From contig JAHWGK010000002.1 of the NCBI GenBank assembly GCA_020054495.1, forward strand, positions 16,418 through 80,417: a DNA stretch of 64,000 bases, read 5' to 3'. The DNA is from Thermoplasmata archaeon. GTDB lineage: Archaea > Thermoplasmatota > E2 > DHVEG-1. How positions within the stretch are numbered: the stretch's first letter is position 1; each line of letters begins with the position of its first letter. Positions 9,952 through 19,563 of the stretch are shown here, in pieces. The position numbers were made by a program, and so were the translations under genes. The notes below the pieces were generated by a model, which was not told the origin of the DNA, ran no database searches, and saw only the letters and a program-made list of their open reading frames with translations.

Positions 9952-11850
9952 TTGGGGGTGAAAAATATCAAATCACGATTTCATAAATTTAAGATGAGTC
10001 TTTTTTGTAGGATTTCTAATCCATATAGTATTTTGTTTCATGTTGCAGGGATTGTTTGTCTTATTTGGTTTTTAACACGAGTTTTACCAAAACCAGATAG
10101 GATAAATTACCCTTGCCAGCAGGTATCCATGACTGTAGCATCGAGCTATATTATTTTCTGGAGTATATTATGGAGTGCATTGTTTCATGGACTTGCTTTT
10201 TGGGTTAGGCGGGCCAAAACCAAAACTACAGCAATTTTACCAGTTATTTTAGTTAGCTTTGTTTTAATATTCTCTGTTTCAAGTGGAGTCTTTGCAAATT
10301 TCGATAACAATGAGTATTTAGAAGCAAGCAATTGGGAACCAACTCCTAACGAACCTATTGGAACACCACGAGGTGTGAATCCTGGACGTGTTGTTTGGGT
10401 ATGGAACCCAAATGCTACAAGAGATAATTTGATTGGATTTTGGTGGTTGAAGATAAATAATAATCAAAATGTTATTGATGAAATGTTTTCAAATGGATTG
10501 CATGTATTAACTGATGTGGAAAATGATAAGAAGGCATGGGATATTTTATTTAAATATTTTAATCAAGCCCATGGATATGGTGATATTGAATATCAACCTG
10601 GAGAGAAAATTGCAATTAAGTTAAACCTGAACAACTGTTGGGTCCCTTATTATATGGTAGATAACCAGATAGACGCAAATCCCTATGTAGTTAAAACACT
10701 TCTCAAGCAACTTGTCAATATTGTTGGTGTAGCTCAGAAAGACATCACAATTTACGATGCAGCACGTCCAATGCAAAACTGGTTTTATAATCGTGTTTAT
10801 TACGAAAATTATCCAACAATACCATTGGTGCCAGAATTTCCAGATATAAATTATGTTGATTCAACTGGAGGTGCTGTTGGACGGCAAAAAGTTGAAGCAA
10901 GCACAGAAAAAATTTACTTTTCAGATGAATCTGGTCTAATTAGAACACTTCCTACTTGTGTAGCCGATGCAAAATATATCATTAATATGCCTCAGTTGAA
11001 AAAGCATCCTAGGGAGAATGGTGTAACTTTATCAGGGAAAAACATGTTTGGAACCTGGATCGAATCTGTCCCCGAAATCCATCCTTACCATTATGCAGCT
11101 CATATCATTGGTAATCCTACTCCACAGACTGATCTCTTAGCCCACAAGGAAATAGGGGGTAAAACCTTATTGTACATTGGAGATGGAACGTATGGAACCT
11201 TAGAAGATCAGAAAATAATTGAAAAATTTCAGATGTATCCCTTTAATAACGATTGGACCAACAGTCTTTTCTTCTCACAAGATCCCATTGCTATTGATTC
11301 TGTAATGTATGACTTTCTACATTTAGAAGCTATTTCAAGTGAAGGATCACAAAACTATCTTCATCAATCTGCAGATCCACCATCAAATGTCTATGATCCT
11401 GAGAATGACGGTGTCTTTTTATCAGATAGCCTTGGCGTTCATGAACATTGGAATAAATCTGTTGATATTTTTTCAAATGATAGATACTCTGGTCCATCTG
11501 GCAATGGAATTGATTTTATTACTATGGGTAAAGAACATTCTCAACCTAGTGTTCTAATTACTCAGCCGATGAAGAGGCTTTTGTATATTTCAGGGGAACA
11601 GAAATTTCGTATTCCAGTAACTATTGTTATAGGTAATATTGATGTAGAGGCAGTGGTAAATGGTGTATCTAGTGATGTTGAAAGAGTTGAATTTTATATT
11701 GATCAAGGTTTGAAGTATACGGATTTTGAAGAGCCATACATGTGGACATGGCAAGAGGGGTCAATTTTTAGGCATACCTTGAAAGTTGTTGCTTATTATG
11801 ATGAGAGAAGCAGTTTAGAGGACGAAATAGTCGTTTGGAAGTTCGGTTAA
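9952..11850 (+). CDS. DUF362-domain membrane-anchored protein with C-terminal Ig-like domain (start uncertain)
   Basis: PKPDRINYPCQ, GVNPGRVVWVWNP, KIAIKLN, INMPQLKKH, TLSGKN, DPIAIDSV. Confidence 0.75.
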   Translation: MGVKNIKSRFHKFKMSLFCRISNPYSILFHVAGIVCLIWFLTRVLPKPDRINYPCQQVSMTVASSYIIFWSILWSALFHGLAFWVRRAKTKTTAILPVILVSFVLIFSVSSGVFANFDNNEYLEASNWEPTPNEPIGTPRGVNPGRVVWVWNPNATRDNLIGFWWLKINNNQNVIDEMFSNGLHVLTDVENDKKAWDILFKYFNQAHGYGDIEYQPGEKIAIKLNLNNCWVPYYMVDNQIDANPYVVKTLLKQLVNIVGVAQKDITIYDAARPMQNWFYNRVYYENYPTIPLVPEFPDINYVDSTGGAVGRQKVEASTEKIYFSDESGLIRTLPTCVADAKYIINMPQLKKHPRENGVTLSGKNMFGTWIESVPEIHPYHYAAHIIGNPTPQTDLLAHKEIGGKTLLYIGDGTYGTLEDQKIIEKFQMYPFNNDWTNSLFFSQDPIAIDSVMYDFLHLEAISSEGSQNYLHQSADPPSNVYDPENDGVFLSDSLGVHEHWNKSVDIFSNDRYSGPSGNGIDFITMGKEHSQPSVLITQPMKRLLYISGEQKFRIPVTIVIGNIDVEAVVNGVSSDVERVEFYIDQGLKYTDFEEPYMWTWQEGSIFRHTLKVVAYYDERSSLEDEIVVWKFG

Positions 11851-11925
11851 AGCTCTATAAAATACTGCAAATTTTAATATAAGAAACAACTATTATCAAT
11901 TTCTAATTAAGTGGAGGGAAAACCT

Positions 11926-12069
11926 ATGGCTGATGAAAAAAAAGGAAAAACTGAAGAAGCCGCCGAAAAAACTGGAGAATTTGTAGGAAAAGTAGGAAAA
12001 AAAGGGTTTAAAGTTGTAAAAGGATTTGGTAAAGGCGTAATAAAAGGTGCCACCAAGAAAAAGAAGTAA
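11926..12069 (+). CDS. Unannotated 47-aa Lys/Gly-rich small protein
   Basis: MADEKKGKTEEAAEKTGEFVGKVGKKGFKVVKGFGKGVIKGATKKKK*, preceded by GGAGGG RBS; below the ORF-track cutoff. Confidence 0.75.
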   Translation: MADEKKGKTEEAAEKTGEFVGKVGKKGFKVVKGFGKGVIKGATKKKK

Positions 12070-12127
12070 AGATTTAAGTAATAATTAGCTTTCAAGTATA
12101 TGAAATAAGATGATGTGAGGAGATAAT

Positions 12128-13063
12128 ATGAAAATGAAAATATTTGTTGTCTGTATTATTATAGGCTTACTTGTGTTTGCCTGTGGTTGTATAGAAGAAA
12201 AAGAAGAAGGAACTGGAGCAGAAGTTCCAGTTGAAACAGCACTTGTTACAATTCAAGTTACTGATAAGATAACTGAAACTTTTGATCATGTAAATATTAC
12301 TTTTTCTGAAATTAAAATTCATAAACAAATGGACGACGATAATGCATCTTGGATTACAATTACGCCAACTCCTACAGAGGTTGATCTTATTTCTCTAAAT
12401 CTTAGTAGCATCAATGCTACTCTTGGTGTTGCTGAGATAGAAGCGGGTAACTATTCAAAACTTTGGATCAATGTTACAAAAGCCCATGGTGTTTTAAGTT
12501 CAACAGGTGAAACTGTAAATATAACTGTTCCATCCGGATGGTTGAAGATTCAACAGCTGCATTTGTTTAATTTATCAAAAGGAAATCATACAATTACAAT
12601 TGATATTGATCTAGAAAGCTCAATACATACTTTTCATGGAGGCGAGGAATATAAGTTTATACCAGTTATAAGTAGTATGGAACAGCATCATGAAAACCAG
12701 TTAAAATTCCAGGAGCACAATCATAGTCAAATCAAGAATTTGGTAGGAAATAGAGCTCCAGCAATTGATATTCTTGTAAATGGTACTCTGGTAAAGAAAA
12801 ATGCCTGGGTAAATGCAAATGAGAGCCTTGAATTTAATGCATCTGCTACTCTTGATTTAGATGGTGATGAACTAACTTTCGCCTGGGATTTTGGTGATGG
12901 AAGTGAAATACAAACAGGAGCCATTGCAAATCACAGTTTTTCAGATTTAGAGAACAACTACAAAGTTACATTAACGGTCTCTGATGGAACAGATGAAGCA
13001 ATAGCTGAAATAATAATCAATGCTCATGTAAACGGTTGGGGTAATGGACACGGACAAGGCTAG
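12128..13063 (+). CDS. DUF4382-like lipoprotein with C-terminal PKD domain
   Basis: Lipobox-like FACGC; VTD...VNITFSEI; FAWDFGDG and VTLTVSD PKD motif. Confidence 0.75.
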   Translation: MKMKIFVVCIIIGLLVFACGCIEEKEEGTGAEVPVETALVTIQVTDKITETFDHVNITFSEIKIHKQMDDDNASWITITPTPTEVDLISLNLSSINATLGVAEIEAGNYSKLWINVTKAHGVLSSTGETVNITVPSGWLKIQQLHLFNLSKGNHTITIDIDLESSIHTFHGGEEYKFIPVISSMEQHHENQLKFQEHNHSQIKNLVGNRAPAIDILVNGTLVKKNAWVNANESLEFNASATLDLDGDELTFAWDFGDGSEIQTGAIANHSFSDLENNYKVTLTVSDGTDEAIAEIIINAHVNGWGNGHGQG

Positions 13064-13110
13064 TTGTCTGTAGAAATTTAAGGATATATAAGGCTTTCAT
13101 CACTGTTAAT

Positions 13111-14535
13111 CTAAATGTTTGTACTGATAGGGTTACTAGTACCTCCGCCTATTGTTAAACTTGGATCACCAAGAAGAGTCCATTCTTGAACGGTTTTTGC
13201 ATCAATAGAGTGAACTCCTCCAGAGGGTGTTTCCCAATCGATTGGGAAGGTGTCCACATAGCGGCTCAATGCATTTTTCCATATCTGACCAAGAATCACT
13301 GTATCATCTGCATATTCCTTAAAGAATTGCACATTAAGCCAATCTGTTCCACCACCGCCAAATTCAACTCCATACCAAGCTAAACCAGTGGCTCCAAGAG
13401 TTGCAATTGAACCACCATTTGGCTTACTGACTAACTGCCAACTCCAGCATTCTTTCAACCATTTTTGAGGACTCCAGGTTTTAATAAAATTAAACGATGC
13501 AACAGAAAATTCACTGTTGTGACATCCACCAACAAGACAGACTGGAAGTTTATGCTGGTTAGATAAAAACAATAAATTATAGCTATAAAGTCTGCCTAAA
13601 GGAGTTTTTTCAGGTATAAAGGTGTAGGTAACCCAGGCACCTGTACTGCCATGACCAGATAAATACCAAAATCCACATCCCTTGTTTACTTCTCTTATTA
13701 TATTCCAACCATTTTTTGTTAATTCACCGTTTGATGCCCAGAGTTTAATAGGAATAAAATCCTCCATAGCATCAACAGCTCGTTGGTTATTTATCTCACC
13801 TTCATAACCTTCGAATTCTTCATATGTATCTCCACCAACAACAACCATTCTTTTAAACCAAGAAGGATCAGCAGGTTGTTTTTCATAATTGATAATCTTA
13901 TTCACCACAATTTCTACTTCTGATTCATCCACACATGCTAATCTACCAAGACAAACATCAGGAGTAAGATTGATAGGTCTGTCTTCAGCTATCTCACCGT
14001 CCCATTCACCATAAATCTCATCACCGTCAGAATCCCAACTGCAAAAATCACCAACATCATCGTAAATATCTGCATAATAAAGTTCACTGATAAACTTTAG
14101 TTCCAGGTTCTTTGAATAATTATCATTATTATAGCAATAACGAACAGGTATTTGCTTAATGCTTCCAACGAAAAGTACATAGGTAATATGCCAGTTTTCT
14201 ATTGCATCTTTAATGAAGTATTTTATTTTCTCTTGATTATCACGGCCTTGCACTTCAAAATACGAGCCGCTATAAATATCGTCAAGTGAAACAAACTTTG
14301 TTATTATTCCAAGATTAGTTTTATGTTCAATAAAAGGCTCAAGACTTGAATTATAGCTTAATGGAGCAATGATAATCATATCATAATTATCAAGAGCTAT
14401 GGATTTTGAATTATCTTGAAAAATTGTAAAAGGTCGACTCAATCGTATATGACCTGCATCTACAACCATTGGTACAATCGATGTTAACAACAATAGTAAT
14501 ACCAAAAATATTATCCTTACTATCTTTTTTTGCAT
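13111..14535 (-). CDS. Secreted C25-family (gingipain-like) cysteine peptidase
   Basis: Start at MQKK with signal peptide; PDVCLGRL, SGHG (His), GGCHN (Cys), LLGDPSL. Confidence 0.85.
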   Translation of the reverse strand: MQKKIVRIIFLVLLLLLTSIVPMVVDAGHIRLSRPFTIFQDNSKSIALDNYDMIIIAPLSYNSSLEPFIEHKTNLGIITKFVSLDDIYSGSYFEVQGRDNQEKIKYFIKDAIENWHITYVLFVGSIKQIPVRYCYNNDNYSKNLELKFISELYYADIYDDVGDFCSWDSDGDEIYGEWDGEIAEDRPINLTPDVCLGRLACVDESEVEIVVNKIINYEKQPADPSWFKRMVVVGGDTYEEFEGYEGEINNQRAVDAMEDFIPIKLWASNGELTKNGWNIIREVNKGCGFWYLSGHGSTGAWVTYTFIPEKTPLGRLYSYNLLFLSNQHKLPVCLVGGCHNSEFSVASFNFIKTWSPQKWLKECWSWQLVSKPNGGSIATLGATGLAWYGVEFGGGGTDWLNVQFFKEYADDTVILGQIWKNALSRYVDTFPIDWETPSGGVHSIDAKTVQEWTLLGDPSLTIGGGTSNPISTNI

Positions 14536-14626
14536 AGTTCTTACCCCCGTATGTGTTATAGAAAGAAGTATTATTAATAAATATCTATAAAAATTAAAAT
14601 TACTATTTATTAAAAATCCCTTGCAT

Positions 14627-15748
14627 TCAATGAAACATAACACTTTCAATTTCACTAATGTTTAACAATCCCCGTAGTTCCTCATCTGAAACAGTTCCTT
14701 TTTCTTTTGACTTCACGTAGCGCATTATTCTGGTGATATTATCATTATTAGTAGAAACGCCAATCTGTTGCAGTTTTTGTTTAATCGTTTGTATACTAGC
14801 CATCTTGTCTAAGATAAATTTTCTATTTCTTCCTACAAGCTCGGCAGGAAATACTTCATAATACGAAGGATCATGAAGAACAGCTGCAACATGCAAGCCT
14901 GCATTATGTACAAAAGCATTTTTCCCAACAACAGGAGTATTCGGTGAAATATTTATTCCAGAAAATTCCGATACCTTTTGTGATATTTTTGAAATCATTT
15001 CTAGTTTCCAGTTGTTTTTTACACAATAGAGCGAATGCAACGCAAGACAAAGTTCTGAAAGCGGAGTAATTCCTACTCTTTCGCCTAATCCATTAACTGA
15101 TACATCAATCATTGTCACTCCAGCTTCATAGGCTGCCAATGCATTTGCTGTAGCAAGGCCTAAATCGTTATGACAATGGGCGTTAAATTTTACTTTTATT
15201 TCAGATTGCAAACTTTTTATAAGATCATACATTCTTGTAGGAGTTACTGCTCCAACTGTATCTGCTATACTTATTCTATCCGCACCTGCTTCAACAGCTG
15301 CTCTAGATACTTTAATTAAAGAGGTAAAGTCTGTCCTAATAGCATCTTCAGGAGTATATCTAACTTTTAATCCATAGTCTTTTGCATACTCAATTGTCTC
15401 TGTTATTAGATCAGTAACTTTATTTATATTTGATCTGAATTGTTGTTCGAGTCTACGGTTTGAAACACAGAAAAATATACCAACCCAATCCACATTGCAA
15501 GATCTAGCGACATCTATGTCTTCTTTTATTGCTCTACAATGAGCCAATATTTCTGCATTATACCCCTGATTAGATATCTCTTTGACTCCTCTAAAAATAT
15601 CCTTAGATACCCTTGGGTGACCTGCCTCTATTATATCTACTCCAAACTCATCTAGTAAACTAGCAATTGTGAGCTTTTCTTCTACACTAAAGGTTATACC
15701 CGGAGTTTGTTCACCTTCCCTAAGTGTAGAGTCAAGTATTTCAACCAC
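14627..15748 (-). CDS. Homocitrate synthase-like DRE-TIM enzyme (no LeuA regulatory domain)
   Basis: DSTLREGEQ, HCHNDLGLATAN, AFVHNAGLH..AVL.DP..YE; downstream of LysW-like gene. Confidence 0.8.
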   Translation of the reverse strand: MVEILDSTLREGEQTPGITFSVEEKLTIASLLDEFGVDIIEAGHPRVSKDIFRGVKEISNQGYNAEILAHCRAIKEDIDVARSCNVDWVGIFFCVSNRRLEQQFRSNINKVTDLITETIEYAKDYGLKVRYTPEDAIRTDFTSLIKVSRAAVEAGADRISIADTVGAVTPTRMYDLIKSLQSEIKVKFNAHCHNDLGLATANALAAYEAGVTMIDVSVNGLGERVGITPLSELCLALHSLYCVKNNWKLEMISKISQKVSEFSGINISPNTPVVGKNAFVHNAGLHVAAVLHDPSYYEVFPAELVGRNRKFILDKMASIQTIKQKLQQIGVSTNNDNITRIMRYVKSKEKGTVSDEELRGLLNISEIESVMFH

Positions 15749-15763
15749 TTGTTCACCTATATT

Positions 15764-15910
15764 TCATTCTTCTGATGGCCCCAAATGCAAACCAACTAGA
15801 TGATCTCCAGTAACTTCCATTTCAGTACCACATCCAGGGCAATCAACTACTGCTCCCTGCTCTGGATTTTGTAGATCTATTCTTGTACTACATTCTGCAC
15901 ATTCAAACAT
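15764..15910 (-). CDS. Unannotated LysW-like zinc-ribbon microprotein (48 aa) with non-canonical C-terminus
   Basis: MFECAECSTRIDLQNPEQGAVVDCPGCGTEMEVTGDHLVGLHLGPSEE*; CxxC...CPxCGxExEV as in LysW; 15 nt upstream of homocitrate synthase. Confidence 0.8.
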   Translation of the reverse strand: MFECAECSTRIDLQNPEQGAVVDCPGCGTEMEVTGDHLVGLHLGPSEE

Positions 15911-15955
15911 AATATTATCGTTAAAATATCAACAATAAGTTATATATATACTTAA

Positions 15956-15971
15956 TGTGATTATAATCACA
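15956..15971. promoter_or_regulatory. Perfect 16-bp palindrome, candidate operator in the divergent lysW-like/ACT promoter
   Basis: TGTGATTATAATCACA adjacent to bidirectional TATATATATA (15941-15950). Confidence 0.65.
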
Positions 15972-15990
15972 AAATTCGAGGGTATTTGTA

Positions 15991-16641
15991 ATGGTAACTG
16001 TGAGCCATATTGTCCAAAAATTGGTCAATGAAAGAGTTTTTATTCAAGAATCCATGAACAAAAAAATCATTTCATATGCATCATTAGCAAAACAACTACA
16101 ACCAGAGATAGAAGAAGAATTAGAAAAACCAGTTAAAAATCATGCAATAGAAATGGCTCTCCGCAGATATGCAGACCAACTACAAAAAAAACATAAAACC
16201 ATATCTTTTGATTATTCATCAGATATCATCATGAAAACACAAGTATGTGACATCTCAGTTTTACGTTCACCGATGTTACTTAAAAATTTAAAAAATTTTT
16301 ATAATATTGTACAACTTGAAAAAGGAGATATTCTTAATATTATACTTGGAAGTAACGAGGTAAGCATTGTCACAAACGAACGATATAAACAAAAATTTTG
16401 TGATATGCTAAAAAATGAAATTGTTCTTAATGTTGAAGAAGAACTTGTTTCCTTAACAATGACGCTTTCTAAAAACTTCCTCAACACACCAGGTGTCATA
16501 TTCAACATTATTCGTAACATCGCTTGGGATAATATCAACATTTTTGAAATCGTTTCAACAAATACTGAATTAACATTTATTATTCACAAAAAAGATGCTA
16601 TGAGAGGTTACAAAGCATTAGAAAAACTTATCCCTCAATAG
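15991..16641 (+). CDS. ACT-domain protein (putative amino-acid-sensing regulator), paralog 2
   Basis: PGVIFNIIRNIAWDNINIFEIVSTNTELTF; paralog of 3849-4499. Confidence 0.7.
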   Translation: MVTVSHIVQKLVNERVFIQESMNKKIISYASLAKQLQPEIEEELEKPVKNHAIEMALRRYADQLQKKHKTISFDYSSDIIMKTQVCDISVLRSPMLLKNLKNFYNIVQLEKGDILNIILGSNEVSIVTNERYKQKFCDMLKNEIVLNVEEELVSLTMTLSKNFLNTPGVIFNIIRNIAWDNINIFEIVSTNTELTFIIHKKDAMRGYKALEKLIPQ

Positions 16642-18058
16642 ATCTAGAGTTCTTCTGAAAATCTTCACCAGTCCAACAGTATAAACATAGTTTGTCTTTT
16701 GGTAAACCTATTGCCTCAACCATATCATCCAATAGTTGATATCTTAATGATGTTACATCTAGATCTTTAGCAATCCAATCAAGCATTTTTTGATATTTCT
16801 TTGATTTAGGATCCGAATATTCAGAAACATCTTCGATATCTTTCCCTTCAAGTGCTTTTATTGCTTTCCTAGCAGCTAATTCATCGACGCTCCTTGCAGA
16901 CAAATTATATATGCACGGAAACATCAATGGTGGACATGCAGGTCGTACATGTACCTCTTTAGCACCAGCATCTTTCAATTTTGTAATTGTAAAATTTTTT
17001 AGTTGCGTTCCTCTAACAATTGAATCTTCACATAAAATGATCCTATTCCCATCAGCAATGTCTTTATTCGCTATTAATTTTAATAAAGCAACTCTATCTC
17101 TTCTATCCTGTGTCAAAGGTGTGTAACTCCTCCCGTAGCCCGGTGTATATTTAAACAAAACCCTTCTAAATGGTTTGCCAGACTTTATAGCGTACCCGAT
17201 AGCATGAGCTGTTCCAGAGTCAGGAACTCCTGAAGCTAAATCTATTTTAACATTATCTCGTTTGGCTAAAAACTTTCCACAATTTTCTCTTACCTTCTCT
17301 ACATTTATACCCTCATATGTAGAAGCTGGAAATCCTGTATAAATCCATAAAAAGGCACATATTTTGTTGGTTTTAGTCCCAGCTTTTTTCTTTCCAATGC
17401 CTTTTTTACTGATAAAGACAATTTCCCCTGGAGAAAGAAATTTTTTAATTTTAAAACCTAAATTTGGAAATGAGCAGGTTTCACTTGTAACTGCAATCTC
17501 ATCTTTTTTTTCACCAATAATCAAGGGGGTTACCCCATATCTATCTCTTACACAATATATTCCATCCTTTGTCAATAAAAGTAAAGATATCGATCCATCA
17601 ATCTTATCGTACATCTTTTCAATACCAGTAATAATGCTATCCTCTTGGTTAATTAAGTAGGCAACAAGTTCTGTTGTGTTGATATCGCCCTGCCCAAGTT
17701 CACTAAAAGAAATCCCCTTTTTGATTAATGTTTTTGACAATGCGTCTTTGTTAGTTACTAGGCCAGCGCAACATATTGCAAAAGGCCCAAATTTACTTTC
17801 AAAACTTAATGGTTGAGGATCTTTATCAGATATCACTCCAATGCCCAAATTACTTTTTATTTTATCAGAGCCTTCGTAAAACTTTGATTTAAACTGTGAA
17901 TTATCGATATCATGGATTTTCTTAACAGGCATTCCATTATTTTCATCGATAAAAGCAATTCCTCCATACTCGGTACCTAAATGACTATGGTAATCGGTTC
18001 CATAGTACAGACTAGAAATACAATTTTTTTTGCTTACAACACCAAATAATCCGCTCAT
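16628..18058 (-). CDS. purF: Amidophosphoribosyltransferase (PurF-like) with N-terminal Ser
   Basis: MSGLFG start; GVPDSG; EDSIVRGTQ PRPP loop; Cys motifs CAFLWIY, PACPP..PC, CLYCW. Confidence 0.8.
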   Translation of the reverse strand: MSGLFGVVSKKNCISSLYYGTDYHSHLGTEYGGIAFIDENNGMPVKKIHDIDNSQFKSKFYEGSDKIKSNLGIGVISDKDPQPLSFESKFGPFAICCAGLVTNKDALSKTLIKKGISFSELGQGDINTTELVAYLINQEDSIITGIEKMYDKIDGSISLLLLTKDGIYCVRDRYGVTPLIIGEKKDEIAVTSETCSFPNLGFKIKKFLSPGEIVFISKKGIGKKKAGTKTNKICAFLWIYTGFPASTYEGINVEKVRENCGKFLAKRDNVKIDLASGVPDSGTAHAIGYAIKSGKPFRRVLFKYTPGYGRSYTPLTQDRRDRVALLKLIANKDIADGNRIILCEDSIVRGTQLKNFTITKLKDAGAKEVHVRPACPPLMFPCIYNLSARSVDELAARKAIKALEGKDIEDVSEYSDPKSKKYQKMLDWIAKDLDVTSLRYQLLDDMVEAIGLPKDKLCLYCWTGEDFQKNSRSIEG

Positions 18059-18230
18059 AATTCCCCCAATCAAAACGGAATCAGCGATGTGTATTTAATG
18101 ATTATTAAATTAATAAAAGTTTAATTTGCAATTTAGAAATTAAAGACCTATAAGGTTTTGCTCCAATGATTTACTATTTTTTACAAATCATCGCCTTGTT
18201 TAAAACACAGATAGGGACCTTTAATTATGT

Positions 18231-19481
18231 TTAGTAAGGTTCCAACGCAGGATGTCTATCAAATTTAAAAATTGGAAAAATATTCAATTCTTTATGAATG
18301 GATTTTCGGAATCCAAAAATGATTTTTGGCATCCATCGCATGAATGATATTTTAAGCCCGATCCAATCGTCCCAGTAATTACTATCATAACAAATATTTT
18401 TTGACTCTGCAAATTTTTGATATTTCTTTTTATAAGAAAACACAGGTTGATCATGTTTAAAACATTTGATAAAATTATTATGATGAATATAGAAATTAAT
18501 ACCTCCTTCTAGATAACAACCATAGCTACAATTTCTGAATGTATTATTATATGCCTCACTATTATTTCCATGTAGCGAAATCCCACCTCGATGTATATTT
18601 TCAAAAGTATTATTTCTAATGACTAAGTTAGATGAATGGCTAATTATAATTCCAATGCTGGTATTATGTATAGTCATATTTTCTATTATGCAATTATGAC
18701 AATCAAGGATAATTAATTGTCCTGCATCAGGATGAGATATTACAGTATTTTCCTCGTTCAAATGAAGATAGACTGGTTTACCATTTACCAAATTATTCAA
18801 AAAAACACAACTTAAAACATTACAGGGCGTGTCACCAAAAATAATACCTGAATTTTGGCATGAATTGTTCACAATATTATGATCCTTCATACGAATAAAA
18901 TACATACCAAAAACATTAAATTGAAAATCATTACCTTCAACAGTACAATTTATCGGAAAATTCTTAATTTTTAAAAATTTTGAAAGACGATCTCTCCCAA
19001 AAAATAATCCCATAAAATTATTTTTAAAGGTATTATTAGAAATAGTATGGTTATTACTTGAAGCAACAAATAAACCATTTCCTTCAGTTCTAAGATAACC
19101 TGCATTAATTATCTCAAAACAAGAAACTGTACAACCGTCAGCATAAATTTCAATTACATTACCTTTACATCTTCCATCAACAACAGGTTTACCAATATCA
19201 TAACCAGTATCTAGCTCATATGGGATTCCTATCAATGTTAGTTTTTTATTGACTCTAACACGTTCTTTATACGTACCGCTATAAACATTAATTGTATCCC
19301 CGGAATTTGCTTGATTAACAGCACACTGAATAGACTTAAAATCCCCATCACCTTCATTATCAACAATCCAAGTTTGAGGTGGCATAGTTCTATTAGTTTG
19401 TAATTTAACCGCCATTGTAGAAGAAAAACTTGATATCAAGAGTATAGAAATTATCGTCACCACAACTAAAAATTTTTTCAT
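18231..19481 (-). CDS. Secreted NosD/CASH beta-helix protein
   Basis: Signal peptide; VDNEGDGDFKSIQ, GDTINVYSGTY, SNYWDDW, FDRHPALEPY. Confidence 0.82.
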   Translation of the reverse strand: MKKFLVVVTIISILLISSFSSTMAVKLQTNRTMPPQTWIVDNEGDGDFKSIQCAVNQANSGDTINVYSGTYKERVRVNKKLTLIGIPYELDTGYDIGKPVVDGRCKGNVIEIYADGCTVSCFEIINAGYLRTEGNGLFVASSNNHTISNNTFKNNFMGLFFGRDRLSKFLKIKNFPINCTVEGNDFQFNVFGMYFIRMKDHNIVNNSCQNSGIIFGDTPCNVLSCVFLNNLVNGKPVYLHLNEENTVISHPDAGQLIILDCHNCIIENMTIHNTSIGIIISHSSNLVIRNNTFENIHRGGISLHGNNSEAYNNTFRNCSYGCYLEGGINFYIHHNNFIKCFKHDQPVFSYKKKYQKFAESKNICYDSNYWDDWIGLKISFMRWMPKIIFGFRKSIHKELNIFPIFKFDRHPALEPY

Positions 19482-19563
19482 AAAAATAAATATATATACA
19501 CTTATTAATAAGATTTATGTAATGCTCTTGTTGTTCATATCCAATTGCTAGATATTGTATGCA

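Noticed and set aside
11907..12095. 62-aa minus-strand ORF in the ORF track
   Set aside because: Antisense shadow of the better-supported plus-strand 47-aa ORF with an RBS.
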